From Methanobacteriota archaeon (GTDB lineage Archaea; Methanobacteriota; Methanobacteria; Methanobacteriales; Methanobacteriaceae): 64,000 nucleotides of DNA. The notes below the pieces were generated by a model. That model worked only from the letters and a program-made list of their open reading frames with translations. It searched no databases and was not told the DNA's origin. The first letter of the stretch is position 1. Each line of letters starts with the position of its first letter. Positions 1 to 11,185 of this stretch are shown one piece after another. The position numbers were made by a program, and so were the translations under genes. The stretch covers positions 800,001 to 864,000 of the forward strand of contig CAWBCJ010000029.1 in assembly GCA_963787255.1 (NCBI GenBank). The letters run 5' to 3'.

Positions 1-2
1 TT

Positions 3-146
3 GCAAAAGCAATTACAGAAGCTACAGCTAATTTTGAAAACGCTGAAATACTGGCTAAAGTTTCAAAGGGACTTGGAAAAGCCATGCCTGGCCTTGAAAT
101 GAGCGAAATTCCAGAAGAAGAAAGACTTCAGACTCGAGGATGGTAA
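3..146 (+). CDS. pdxS: PLP synthase lyase subunit PdxS, 3' end (partial)
   Basis: Manual translation AKAITEATANFENAEILAKVSKGLGKAMPGLEMSEIPEEERLQTRGW* matches the characteristic PdxS C-terminus. Confidence 0.9.
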   Translation, partial: AKAITEATANFENAEILAKVSKGLGKAMPGLEMSEIPEEERLQTRGW

Positions 147-467
147 AAAAATCATTTGGAGGTATATTTTCTACCTCTTCTTTATTAATTCAAAATAAAC
201 ATTTTTATAACGAAAATTATTTATTAAACATTTAAGTTTTGCTAAACTACTTAAAAACCAATTTATATTCTTTTTAAAAACTCGTGGTAAGCTAAAATGA
301 TTTTTTGGCTTGATTAGAGAATTAATGGCTAAGTAGTCCAATTAATTTAGTTAAAATTGTTCAAAATATTGTCTTAACTATTCAAAATGCAATTTATTAT
401 GAAAATAAACAGCATTTGTTCATTCTAAAAGCATAAAATATAAAAAGATATTAAATTAGTTAATATC

Positions 468-830
468 TTAATTTTGCGATGCCCCACCTGCTCCACCTAA
501 ATTTTCACCGGTTTGAGCATCTATAATAATTTCACCAGCAGGATTGCCGTTAATAATTATAGGCACGATATAAACTTTATTTCCTTCGGTTTTAAGCATT
601 GGCTCGCCAGGGGTGGCTCCAGATTGATTTATATATTTTTTAGCTATATTTTTAGCATCTTCAGAAGATATTTTCACGTTAGCGGCGCTTGCGTTATTGT
701 TTCCAGACGTATATTGCTGTAATGTCTGATTTCCGGTATTTGTAGCATTCTGCGTATCGTCAACGCATCCAGAAACTCCTACTATTAAAATCAGAATCGT
801 TATAAAGCCTATGACTGATTTATTTTTCAT
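468..830 (-). CDS. PepSY-like secreted lipoprotein
   Basis: Signal peptide with lipobox-like VSGC, N/T-rich linker, ISSEDAKNIA...IIDAQTGE PepSY pattern. Confidence 0.7.
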   Translation of the reverse strand: MKNKSVIGFITILILIVGVSGCVDDTQNATNTGNQTLQQYTSGNNNASAANVKISSEDAKNIAKKYINQSGATPGEPMLKTEGNKVYIVPIIINGNPAGEIIIDAQTGENLGGAGGASQN

Positions 831-1044
831 CTTAGCTTCTCCTTTTTAACTATTAATATCAATTGTAGTGCATCTATAATAAACTTTTTTGATTTTTATG
901 AGGTATTTACAAGGAGAAACCTTTAAATAAGAATTTAATAATTATTAGTGGTTATCTGTATTATTTGGCATTATTTGAATCTTGAAGGATTTAATTTTGT
1001 AAATGGAAAATTGTATTTATCAATTTTTGCAGGTGTTTAGTAGT

Positions 1045-1371
1045 TCAATTAACAGCCTTTTTACCACTTTCTTCATTCCTTATTCTTATAACACTTTCTA
1101 TAGGGCAAATAAAGACGTTATCATGAATATCTTAATTTTCAACAGAGTTTAAAGTATCTATAACCTATTTAATATTCTCGTGGTTTGTTATGAGGTTTAT
1201 TTCCTCTCTTTTAGGAATATTCAAACTATAATTCTTCCCTCTGTAACTTTCTTTATTTTTCCCGCAACTTTCAACACAATCGACTTTTATTGCTGTTAAA
1301 TTAGAAAATCCAACATTTGTAAGTGAGTTTTTCAAATTATTCAGATCAATAATGTCTAGGAATAACTTCAT
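1045..1371 (-). pseudogene. Decayed P-II (GlnK-like) gene
   Basis: ESYRGKNY T-loop-like motif; the frame continues past two stops (ENIK*VIDTLNSVEN*DIHDNVFICPIESVIRIRNEESGKKAVN*), matching the P-II C-terminus. Confidence 0.75.
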
Positions 1372-1898
1372 TTTACAGATTTTAGGTTCATCTCTAATTT
1401 TTTTAGGTTTTCAATTTATTGATTAATTCCTTAATATTTGGCCTTGCCCGGGAATTTATATCTTCCTGAGCTAGATTATATTGGAGATGGTGCTATTTGC
1501 AAAAAATTTATATCCAATAATCAAAACATTTTTGCAAGGTTCGTAGGTACATATAAGGCCTGAAGTGTACATGGGAGTGTGAAGTACCTTTAAAAACTAT
1601 TTCCAAGGTCTATAATGTTAATATTTTCTATCCAGATGTGTACATGCTTCTCTTTGGGGTCATGGCAGTGTGCACTGCAAAGAAGAACTTCATCATCATA
1701 ATCAGAAAATGATTTTAGTAGCTGAAAAGCCTTATTAATATAATATTTTTTTTACAGAGCCTAATTGGGATATTATATCTAAAATTAATGTTATTTGGTA
1801 AAATAACAATTTTTATAGATATTTATGTAATAATTAAAATAAATAAAAAAAAGGAGTATTAGGGGTTGATTTAAAAAAACAACCTTTTATTTTGGTTT

Positions 1899-2243
<345 letters not shown>

Positions 2244-2255
2244 TCACTTTCCTAT

Positions 2256-3485
2256 CTAAATTCTGTAACCTGATTCTTCGTGAAGATTAGTATCCAGCCC
2301 TTCAATCTCTTCTTTATCTTCTACTCTTAATCCTATAACTATGTCAATTATTTTACCGATTATCAGAGTTGCAACAAATGAGTAAGCTCCTACTGCTAGT
2401 ACAGCTATTAATTGAGTTACTAATTGTCCAGGGTTTCCGTAGAAAAGCCCAGTACCAAGTGAGTTAATGAATGGTGCTGCAAAGAGACCAGTTGCAAGTG
2501 CTCCCCATAGACCGGATAAACCATGTATTCCAAATACGTCCAATGCATCGTCGTATCCTAAACGTGGTTTTAACCATGCTATTCCAAAGTAGGAAATAAC
2601 TGAAGCTATAAGGCCAATGATTATCGCTGCTTGAACGGTTACGAAACCTGCTGCAGGAGTAATAGCCACTAAACCTGCTATTGCACCGGATAATGCTCCT
2701 AGTAATGTTGGTTTACCAGTTTTTACGTAATCTATTATTGTCCATGATAATAAACCTGCTGCTGCTGCAATGTTGGTTACCAAGAATGCTGAACCAGCAA
2801 GACTACCTGCACTTAAAGCAGATCCTGCGTTGAATCCGAACCAACCGAACCAGAGAAGTGCTGCACCAATTACAGAGTAACCGAGCTGATGAGGAAGTAA
2901 GCTTGTGTCTTTTCTGCGTCCTAAAAGTATTGCTAATGCTACTGCAGCTACACCTGCATTTAAGTGTACAACTGTACCTCCAGCAAAGTCAAGTGCTCCT
3001 AAGTTGAATAACCATCCACCACCCCATACCCAGTGGGCTATTGGAACGTATACTAATGATATCCAAAGTACTGCAAAGACCAACCATGAAGAGAATTTCA
3101 TTCTCTCAACAACTGCTCCAGATATAAGTGCAATTGTTATTGCTGCAAATGTCATCTGGAATGCAATATATACTGTTGATGGTATTGTAGGTGCAAGTGT
3201 TGCAAGTGAATCTACTGCAATTCCACTAAACAATAGATTTGCAGGATTTCCAATTAGTCCCCATAGCATAGTTTCGCCAAATGCAAACTGGTAACCGTAA
3301 AGTACCCATATTATGCTTGTTACGGCGAAGGCAATTAGGGATAAAAACATTGTATTTAAAACATTTACTTTTTTTGTAAGGCCCCCGTAGAATAATGCGA
3401 CACCAGGGATGGTCATCAACATTACAAGGGCTGTAGAGATAAGCATCCATGCTGTATCTCCAGAGTTAAGAATAGGATCAGCCAT
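2256..3485 (-). CDS. amtB: Ammonium transporter
   Basis: [31 protein letters not shown]; both pore histidines present. Confidence 0.97.
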   Translation of the reverse strand: MADPILNSGDTAWMLISTALVMLMTIPGVALFYGGLTKKVNVLNTMFLSLIAFAVTSIIWVLYGYQFAFGETMLWGLIGNPANLLFSGIAVDSLATLAPTIPSTVYIAFQMTFAAITIALISGAVVERMKFSSWLVFAVLWISLVYVPIAHWVWGGGWLFNLGALDFAGGTVVHLNAGVAAVALAILLGRRKDTSLLPHQLGYSVIGAALLWFGWFGFNAGSALSAGSLAGSAFLVTNIAAAAGLLSWTIIDYVKTGKPTLLGALSGAIAGLVAITPAAGFVTVQAAIIIGLIASVISYFGIAWLKPRLGYDDALDVFGIHGLSGLWGALATGLFAAPFINSLGTGLFYGNPGQLVTQLIAVLAVGAYSFVATLIIGKIIDIVIGLRVEDKEEIEGLDTNLHEESGYRI

Positions 3486-3637
3486 TTGTTTTTCCTCCGT
3501 TTTCCACTAAGTTTTGATTTATATTTTTTTTGATTAAAGCCTTAGATGGCATTAATTAGCATTTTGTGTTTTATTTGGTGTTATTTTAATTTTATACTAA
3601 AATAATTCACATTCGAATTTTTACGTTATCGGATACC

Positions 3638-3651
3638 GGTAACCTTCTTCC
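3638..3651. promoter_or_regulatory. NrpR-type operator (one mismatch) at the first amt-glnK promoter
   Basis: GGTA-ACCTTC-TTCC, just downstream of a minus-strand BRE/TATA (GAAATATTTATAAG, about 3678-3691). Confidence 0.65.
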
Positions 3652-3804
3652 GATATATTAAACTTAATTTTGATCCCTTATAAATATTTCGATCAAATCT
3701 TAATTACCTATTTTAGTAATATTGTTAAGAATAAATTAGAATTAAAAAAAACGATTTTTAGGTCATATAATAATTGTATTTTAGAAAATAAAAAAATAGG
3801 GGAG

Positions 3805-4179
<375 letters not shown>

Positions 4180-4205
4180 TTACATTAGTTTTCATTTATA
4201 CGTGT

Positions 4206-5438
4206 CTAAGATAATCTGTAACCGGATTCCTCATGTTGGTTAATGTCAAGACCCTGTATTTCATGTTTTTCTTCAACTCTTAAGCCGAATACTTTGTCTA
4301 AAATCTTAGCAATTACCATTGTCATTATAAATGCATAAATTCCAACAACTATTATGGCTAAAAACTGAACAAGGATCAAGTGGAAATTTCCGAATAGTAT
4401 ACCGCCTGTAGTGACGCTGTTTATAAGCGGACTTGCAAATACACCTATTGCTAATGCTCCAGTAATACCACAAACTCCGTGAATTCCAAACACATCTAAT
4501 GCATCGTCGTATCCTAGGCGTGGTTTAAGCCATGATACTGCTGTGTAAGCAAGAATTGATGCAACAAATCCAATTATTATTGCTGCTGTGATATTTACAT
4601 AACCTGCAGCTGGTGTTATTGATGCTAATCCTGCTATTGCACCGGATAATGCACCAAGCATGGTTGGTTTACCTGTTTTAATTTTATCCATAAGCATCCA
4701 TGCAAGCATACCAACTGCAGCAGATATATTGGTCACAATCATTGCAGATACAGCTAAATCCCCTGCTGATAATGCAGATCCTGCGTTAAATCCGAACCAA
4801 CCGAACCAGAGAAGCCCTGCACCCATTACTGAGTAACCCAGGTGGTGAGGAAGCAATTTATTGTCTTTTCTAGCCCCAAGAGTTAGTACAAGGGCCAATG
4901 CAGCTATACCACTGGTTAAATGCACTACGATACCTCCTGCAAAGTCAAGAGCGCCAAGTTGTGCAAGGAAACCTCCACCCCACATCCAGTGAGCTACAGG
5001 TACGTAGACAAGTGTGAGCCAGACTGGAACAAATGCCAGCCATGCTGAAAATTTCATTCTTTCAACCACTGCTCCAGATATAAGTGCCACTGTAATTGCT
5101 GCAAATGTCATCTGGAATATTGCATAAAGCCCTGTTGGTATTGTAGGTGCTAATGTTGCCAGGCTTTTTGTTTCCAAAACCCCATTAAAGAATGGATTGG
5201 TTAAACTTCCTATTATTCCCCATAAATCCGTTCCGAAAATTAATTCGTATCCATAAATAAACCAGAGGATACTTACAATTGCAAAGGTAACGAATGAGAG
5301 GAACATTGTGTTTAAAACATTTTCTCTCCTGATAAGTCCCCCATAAAATAGAGCAACTCCAGGAATTGTCATTAAAATTACAAGAGCTGTTGATATTAAC
5401 ATCCAGGCTACGTCACCTGAATTAAGAATTGAATCCAT
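4206..5438 (-). CDS. amtB: Ammonium transporter (second copy)
   Basis: [27 protein letters not shown]. Confidence 0.97.
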   Translation of the reverse strand: MDSILNSGDVAWMLISTALVILMTIPGVALFYGGLIRRENVLNTMFLSFVTFAIVSILWFIYGYELIFGTDLWGIIGSLTNPFFNGVLETKSLATLAPTIPTGLYAIFQMTFAAITVALISGAVVERMKFSAWLAFVPVWLTLVYVPVAHWMWGGGFLAQLGALDFAGGIVVHLTSGIAALALVLTLGARKDNKLLPHHLGYSVMGAGLLWFGWFGFNAGSALSAGDLAVSAMIVTNISAAVGMLAWMLMDKIKTGKPTMLGALSGAIAGLASITPAAGYVNITAAIIIGFVASILAYTAVSWLKPRLGYDDALDVFGIHGVCGITGALAIGVFASPLINSVTTGGILFGNFHLILVQFLAIIVVGIYAFIMTMVIAKILDKVFGLRVEEKHEIQGLDINQHEESGYRLS

Positions 5439-5519
5439 AATTTTTCCTCCACTTCATTTTATATTTGAATTATTTGTAAACGGAAGTACATTTTCTTCTT
5501 CCGTCGGAAGTATGTTATA

Positions 5520-5533
5520 GGAAACCTATTTCC
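5520..5533. promoter_or_regulatory. NrpR-type operator at the second amt-glnK promoter
   Basis: Perfect GGAA-ACCTAT-TTCC, downstream of a minus-strand TATA (TTATATAG, about 5560-5567). Confidence 0.8.
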
Positions 5534-5737
5534 GATATAATATAAGTTCATCTTGTATTCTATATAATCTTTGCGGTAGCTACAATCAAGTTAAAAAAGG
5601 ATTTGAAAACTTAAAATTATATTAGAAATTTTTTTAAAATGAATAATAAAATAATTTATTTTAAAAGAGGATGATTTCAACTTTAATCTTAAAAGCATAT
5701 TTTTTAAATAAAATAAAAAATTAAAAAAGAACTCCAA

Positions 5738-7237
5738 TTAATATCTAACAGGAGCTTCTAAACCAGCCATTTTAACGCCAGTTAAAAGGGATGATTCGAC
5801 TGTTAAAGCACGTAAATCATCTTTTTCAAGCTTTTGTAAATCCGTATTCCCTGCTTGCTGTGTTAACATAACTGCTTCTTCTGTCATGGCTTCTATGTAT
5901 CTTGCAACCTTCTTACCGCAATCCACATAATCTAAACGCCTTCTAAGCCTTGGATTTTGTGTTGCAATTCCTTTTCTGCATGTTCCAGTATAACAGGTTT
6001 GGCATACTCTGCATCCAATTGAAACTAAAGCAGAAGTAGCTATATAAATGGCGTCAGCACCTAAAGCAATTGCTTTTGCAACATCCGCACCATTTCTTAT
6101 ACCTCCGCCAGCTACAAGACTTACCTCTTCACGTAAGTTCACATGTTTTAAAGCCTCATCAGCTTCTACAATGGCTGCTATCGTTGGAACACCAGAATGC
6201 TCTGTAACCACATCAGGTCCAGCACCAGTTCCTCCTTGCATACCATCTACAACGATTATATCTGCACCAGCTTTTGCTGCAATCTTTACATCGTCACTTA
6301 CTCTACCAGAAGCGAATTTAACCATTATTGGGACTTTCCAGTCAGTAATTTCTCTTAATTGATCTATTTTCATACTCAGATCTTCGGGTCCTACAATATC
6401 CATATGTCTTGCTGGACTTAAAGCGTCTGCTCCTTCTTCAATTTTTCTAATTTTGGAAACTTCCGCTGTTACTTTTTCCCCTAAAAGGTGTCCACCCATA
6501 CCGGATTTTGCACCCTGCCCTATTTTAATTTCAACTGCTTCAGCATTATTCAGATAATCAGCAGATACTCCAAATCGTCCTGATGCATATTGTGCTATGA
6601 GTTTTTTCGCATATTTTCGCTCTTCTGGGAGCATTCCACCTTCACCAGTGTTCGTTGCTGTACCAGCAAGAGTTGCACCCATTGCAAGCGCTATTTTTGC
6701 TTCTTTACTTAAAGCACCAAAGGACATAGCAGCAATCATTATAGGGGTGTCAATTTCTAATGGATTTTCCGCATATCTTGAACCTAGAGTTACCTTTGTG
6801 TTACAAGGCTCCCTATATTTATCAATTGGTGGCCTTGAAACCTGTGCGGGAACAATTACAAGATCATCAAATGTAGGAACAACTCTTGTTGCTCCGCAGC
6901 CTCTTACTTTGTAGCTTCCTTCTGCAGATTTTCTGTTTATTTCCACAAGGTCTGCAAATGACCAGACGTTTCTTCTATCTTCTACGACTGCATTTACCTC
7001 TATTGCATCGTTTGGACACATTTCTTCACAAATTCTGCATCCAACGCAATTTTCATGGTGTATAGGGTAAGATTCATCATCTATTATCTCATAAACTTCA
7101 TGGGGACAGTTGTTAAAGCATGAATAACAGTTTTTACAGAGTTCTTCATCCCTATTGTCACACATATACCAACAACAACCAGGTCTATCGAAGCTTCTTC
7201 TGCAAAGGTCTTTGTTTTTTTCTATTTTAAATGGCAA
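5738..7237 (-). CDS. Archaeal glutamate synthase, FMN-binding subunit with N-terminal ferredoxin
   Basis: AMSFGALS, NTGEGG, EIKIGQGAKSGMGG, DGMQGGTGA, CxxCxxCxxxxC; N-terminal CxxCxxCxxxCP motifs. Confidence 0.93.
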   Translation of the reverse strand: MPFKIEKNKDLCRRSFDRPGCCWYMCDNRDEELCKNCYSCFNNCPHEVYEIIDDESYPIHHENCVGCRICEEMCPNDAIEVNAVVEDRRNVWSFADLVEINRKSAEGSYKVRGCGATRVVPTFDDLVIVPAQVSRPPIDKYREPCNTKVTLGSRYAENPLEIDTPIMIAAMSFGALSKEAKIALAMGATLAGTATNTGEGGMLPEERKYAKKLIAQYASGRFGVSADYLNNAEAVEIKIGQGAKSGMGGHLLGEKVTAEVSKIRKIEEGADALSPARHMDIVGPEDLSMKIDQLREITDWKVPIMVKFASGRVSDDVKIAAKAGADIIVVDGMQGGTGAGPDVVTEHSGVPTIAAIVEADEALKHVNLREEVSLVAGGGIRNGADVAKAIALGADAIYIATSALVSIGCRVCQTCYTGTCRKGIATQNPRLRRRLDYVDCGKKVARYIEAMTEEAVMLTQQAGNTDLQKLEKDDLRALTVESSLLTGVKMAGLEAPVRY

Positions 7238-8371
7238 TTAGCTTCCCCCTTCTTTTGTTTGTTTAAGTGGTTTAAAAATTGGACATGCCGCATACTTTGT
7301 TCCGGAAGCCTTTAGCACTTCTGCAATATTGTCAGTTAGTTTTGCTTCAGGTTTCCATGGCTCTGCAACACTTTTATCTACAACAATTACATCATCAACC
7401 ATATTATTGGATAATGCGTAGGTTAAAAGTGCTGTAGCCACCCCGCCATCTTGACCTTCTACCTTCGGAGCCTTCACTGATAATATTTGAATATATTTTC
7501 CAAATGGTTCTTTATCAGATTCTTTGCTTGATATTTCATCTGGAATATAGGTTCTTGGACATGCTACATAACATATATTGCACTCTTCTGGGCAATTACC
7601 TTTAATTTGTGGTTTTCTATCTTTTATTTCAACTATTTCTTCTGGACAGGCATAAACACATGCTCCACAAAGTACACAGGCTCCTATGTCTATTACATCT
7701 CCTTTTAAGTCCTCAAATTGGCAATCTGAAACTTCAGTTATAAGTTCTTCCTCAGATATTTCCCTTCTGTATAATACAGGTCTTCCAACGTTTTCGCGTT
7801 TTTTAATTTCTGATTTATTTTCCCTTTTTTTCTCATTTGCAAGCTTTTCCATTATTTTAAGCCCGCTTTCGTTAATAGGTTTTGTTTCTATGTAATTGTC
7901 CTTTTCTGCAGCTTCAATGAGTTTAAAGCCTTTGTTTGTTCTTATTATTACGGTGGACCATCCCTTTGGTGAACCTACTGAACCTACAGATATATCTGAG
8001 TTTTCTGATGTGAAATCCATGCAAATTTTGCAGTTTTTACGCATGCATTTTTTTGCTTTATCCAGAGGGATTTTAACTACTCGGTCTTCGGTTAAATAGA
8101 GCCATAGTTGTCCTTTTTCTACTCTAAATTCTGTAACATCAGTTATGTCGACATCATATTCTTTAAGCAATTCCTTCATGTAGGAATATGAGAAGTTTTC
8201 CATACAGAAAAGCCCTATTTTAAGATCTACCGGGAATTCTTCATTCATTAATCTGTCCATTTTACTTGCTGCAAGAATCTGGCATGGTGTTCCAACCATT
8301 GCCACTTTTTGTGTGTTATTGGTTTGAATAATATCTTCCCCCTTATCCTTCCTCTGATTCTTTACCGCCAT
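7238..8371 (-). CDS. FrhB/FdhB-family F420-binding subunit, circularly permuted, with internal ferredoxin (true start probably near 8330)
   Basis: VGTPCQ, IGLFCMENF, CxxCxD, DISVGSVGSPKGWS; then CVLCGACVYACP; then GQDGGVATALL and SGTKY. Confidence 0.85.
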   Translation of the reverse strand: MAVKNQRKDKGEDIIQTNNTQKVAMVGTPCQILAASKMDRLMNEEFPVDLKIGLFCMENFSYSYMKELLKEYDVDITDVTEFRVEKGQLWLYLTEDRVVKIPLDKAKKCMRKNCKICMDFTSENSDISVGSVGSPKGWSTVIIRTNKGFKLIEAAEKDNYIETKPINESGLKIMEKLANEKKRENKSEIKKRENVGRPVLYRREISEEELITEVSDCQFEDLKGDVIDIGACVLCGACVYACPEEIVEIKDRKPQIKGNCPEECNICYVACPRTYIPDEISSKESDKEPFGKYIQILSVKAPKVEGQDGGVATALLTYALSNNMVDDVIVVDKSVAEPWKPEAKLTDNIAEVLKASGTKYAACPIFKPLKQTKEGGS

Positions 8372-9035
8372 AGAAAGGTCTTTTACTTCTTGGAACTATT
8401 TTTTTAAACTTATTGTACTTTTCTTTTTCTAATTCAAACCCATAAGCAGTTAATAGTTCTTTTAGTTCCTTTTTGTCATCATCATCAATTTCTTTAATTT
8501 TAGCATTTTTACCGAGACTTTTTATATCTCCAAGGACATATATTGTCCCTCTTATGATGGATTCGCCTGCATCATCTGATATGTCTCCAAGCACGACTAT
8601 ACGTCCGCCCATCATGAAAAGGCCGCTCATAAATCCTGAGTTTCCCCCAATTATAATGGTCCCGTTTTTCATTATTTCTCCAGTTCTGGAGCCTGCGTTT
8701 CTTCTAACTACGACTGTACCGCCGTATATTCCCTGCCCAACTCCGTCTCCTGCTGCGCCGTCTATTATGACTTCTCCTTCAGTCATGTTATCCGCTGGAA
8801 ACCATCCTGCATTTCCAGTTATATGTATTTTGGCACCGTCTATCATTGTACCTACAAAATAACCGGCAGAACCGTCAATAATAATTTCGGCTTCGTCTGT
8901 AAGTCCTGCTATCATGTAATGCATTGCATTAGGGTTTTTGATAACAATACGATCATATTCTTTTGCAGCTTGCTTTATAGCGCGGTTCAAGTCCCTTGGA
9001 ACCATTGAGTTAGCATCAATTTCTATTTCATTCAT
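8343..9035 (-). CDS. Glutamate synthase GXGXG-domain (GltB domain 3/FwdC-like) subunit
   Basis: Repeated G-x-A-G / G-x-x-M-x-x-G beta-helix motifs; operon context. Confidence 0.9.
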   Translation of the reverse strand: MNEIEIDANSMVPRDLNRAIKQAAKEYDRIVIKNPNAMHYMIAGLTDEAEIIIDGSAGYFVGTMIDGAKIHITGNAGWFPADNMTEGEVIIDGAAGDGVGQGIYGGTVVVRRNAGSRTGEIMKNGTIIIGGNSGFMSGLFMMGGRIVVLGDISDDAGESIIRGTIYVLGDIKSLGKNAKIKEIDDDDKKELKELLTAYGFELEKEKYNKFKKIVPRSKRPFYGGKESEEG

Positions 9036-9050
9036 GAAATCACCTTGATT

Positions 9051-9969
9051 TTAAATTGTATATGCTCTTGATTCTCCTGGTGATATTTGATCTATATCGT
9101 GTGTGTCCATTACTGCTCGAAGAGAAACCTCTTCAGAGGCTATAGCAAATACTTCATTATTTTCTGCAAGAACCCCCGGTCTAAGTCCTAGCTGGTCTTT
9201 TGCTATTCCTATACCGTTTGGTGTTCCTACAATATATGAAAATGGGCCATCCATATCTTTTACGGACTGTTCAAGAGCTTCTTCCAGTTTGTAGCCTTCA
9301 TGTAGTTTATCTGCTATATAATGGACGATACATTCTGTATCGTTATTTGTCTCGAAAATATGTCCTTTTCTTTCCAATGGATCTCTTATTTTCCAATAAT
9401 TTGTAATTTGTCCATTATGCACCACGGTTATATCTGGTGTGATGTAGCTTTGGAATGGATGTGCGTGATAACGATCTACTATACTTTCGGTTGAAAATCG
9501 GGTATGACCGATTGCATGAGTTCCCATTTTTGAATATGTATCATATCTATCTGCAATTTCTTTTACAGAGCCTACGTCTTTTATCATTTCAAATGAATGG
9601 CTTCCATTAAGTACGATTACATTTTCTAACTTATCAATATCCATAATGAGTGGTTTAAGCTCTTCAAATGAATTTAAGGCTATTTTGCATCGGTAGATAT
9701 TATAATTTTCTACTGATGGGATTATTTCTTCCTTTTCAATAGGTGTAACTGCATTTACAGTTTGTTTTACCTGTTCTAAGAAGACCTGATTTCTCTTTTA
9801 CTTCTATATTTAATAGATATTCATGCTCTGCTAAACCAAGGCCTCCATATATGGAAAAGCCTGCAGAATCGGGTCCTCTATGTTGTAGGGCATCAAGCAT
9901 TCTGGTCATGATTTCCCCTACTGGATGTAGTTTCCTGTCTTTAAATACGACTCCTGCTATTCCGCACAA
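9051..9969 (-). CDS. Glutamate synthase class II glutamine amidotransferase subunit (one frameshift near 9778)
   Basis: N-terminal MCGIAG, QHRGPDSAG, GHTRFST, AHPF, HNGQITN; removing one base joins the two ORFs. Confidence 0.88.
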
Positions 9970-10535
9970 TTTAATACCTCCTCTATGAAGTACTTGTGGA
10001 TTCTTGTATCGCCTGTAAGCTCTGGATGAAATGCTGTGGCAATATGCTTTCCACTTTTTACTGCAATAATTTTATCTTGATATTTTGAGAGTATATCAAC
10101 GTTATTCCCTACTTTTTCGATGTAAGGAGCTCTAATGAATATACCTTCGAATTTTTCATCTAATATCTCTATTTCATCTTCAAATGACACTTTCTGCCGG
10201 CCAAAGGCATTTCTTTTAACTTCCATATCAATTAGTCCAAGTAATGGCTGTTCATAATCGGTTTTTTTTGCAAGAAGAACCATTCCCGCGCACGTTCCCA
10301 TCACAGGGATGTTATGATCAATGATCGATTTCATGATGCCGGTTTTTTCCATTAATTTTCCTATAACAGTACTTTCTCCACCTGAGATGATTATTCCATC
10401 ACATTTTGAAATGTCTTCAGCAGTTTTTACTTTCAAAACATCAGCTTTAATGTCCATGTCTTTTAATGCTTGTTTAGTGATATCAAGATGTTCAGAAACG
10501 TCTCCCTGTAAATTTAAAATGCCAATTGAAACCAT
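9957..10535 (-). CDS. pdxT: PLP synthase glutaminase subunit PdxT
   Basis: LQGDVSEH, GGESTVI, GTCAG, RNAFGRQ, FIRAP, FHPEL. Confidence 0.95.
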   Translation of the reverse strand: MVSIGILNLQGDVSEHLDITKQALKDMDIKADVLKVKTAEDISKCDGIIISGGESTVIGKLMEKTGIMKSIIDHNIPVMGTCAGMVLLAKKTDYEQPLLGLIDMEVKRNAFGRQKVSFEDEIEILDEKFEGIFIRAPYIEKVGNNVDILSKYQDKIIAVKSGKHIATAFHPELTGDTRIHKYFIEEVLNCAE

Positions 10536-10614
10536 ATTTTGTTTCCTCTGTTTTCTTTTCTTGCTTGATTGTCTAAGCTGATATTATTTGAAAATAATAT
10601 TATATAAAGTTACC

Positions 10615-10628
10615 GGAAATCTGTTTCC
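10615..10628. promoter_or_regulatory. NrpR-type operator upstream of the pdxT-glutamate synthase operon
   Basis: Perfect cGGAA-ATCTGT-TTCCg beside a minus-strand TTTATATA (10601-10608); a second TATA lies near 10725-10732. Confidence 0.75.
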
Positions 10629-10851
10629 GAAAATGCAAATATTTTGAAGGATGAATTTTAATCCAAATTTTTTTTGTACAATGTTCAAAATATTACTTGT
10701 AATGTATGGTATAACTGAACACTTATATAAACATTTTCTGTTTAAATTTATTAAAAAATTATTCATTAATTTTGTTTTTCCAATAAATTAATATATTATA
10801 AATAAAAATTCAAAATAAAGATAACTTATTAAAACAGGCCTAAATTAAGGA

Positions 10852-11115
10852 GTGAAATTAATGAATAAATTGACAATTCTATTAATTGTAATCATTATCA
10901 TGGCGGTTGGTGTTGCAGGATATATTTTTGGGTCTCAAAACTCTCAAGGCGTGCCTATAACATTTACTAATAATTCATCAGATGACGATTCAGGGGTTTC
11001 CAGTTCTGACTTAAAAAAATCAACAAAAACTACCATAAAGCCAAAAACAAACACTACAGTTAAAAAGACTATAACTAACAGTACACCAAAAACAAATAGC
11101 ACAAATTCTACATAG
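10852..11115 (+). CDS. Small membrane-anchored Ser/Thr/Asn-rich hypothetical protein
   Basis: N-terminal hydrophobic helix, low-complexity tail, GGAGTG RBS-like sequence before ATG 10861. Confidence 0.6.
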   Translation: MKLMNKLTILLIVIIIMAVGVAGYIFGSQNSQGVPITFTNNSSDDDSGVSSSDLKKSTKTTIKPKTNTTVKKTITNSTPKTNSTNST

Positions 11116-11185
11116 AAATATTTTAGAATATTAAATTCTATTTCTTTTATTTCATTAATTAAAATAAATTAATTTTTAATATATT

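Noticed and set aside
1165-1167. Pyrrolysine readthrough of TAG in the P-II remnant
   Set aside because: A TAA follows 11 codons later and the sequence is degenerate, so decay explains it.
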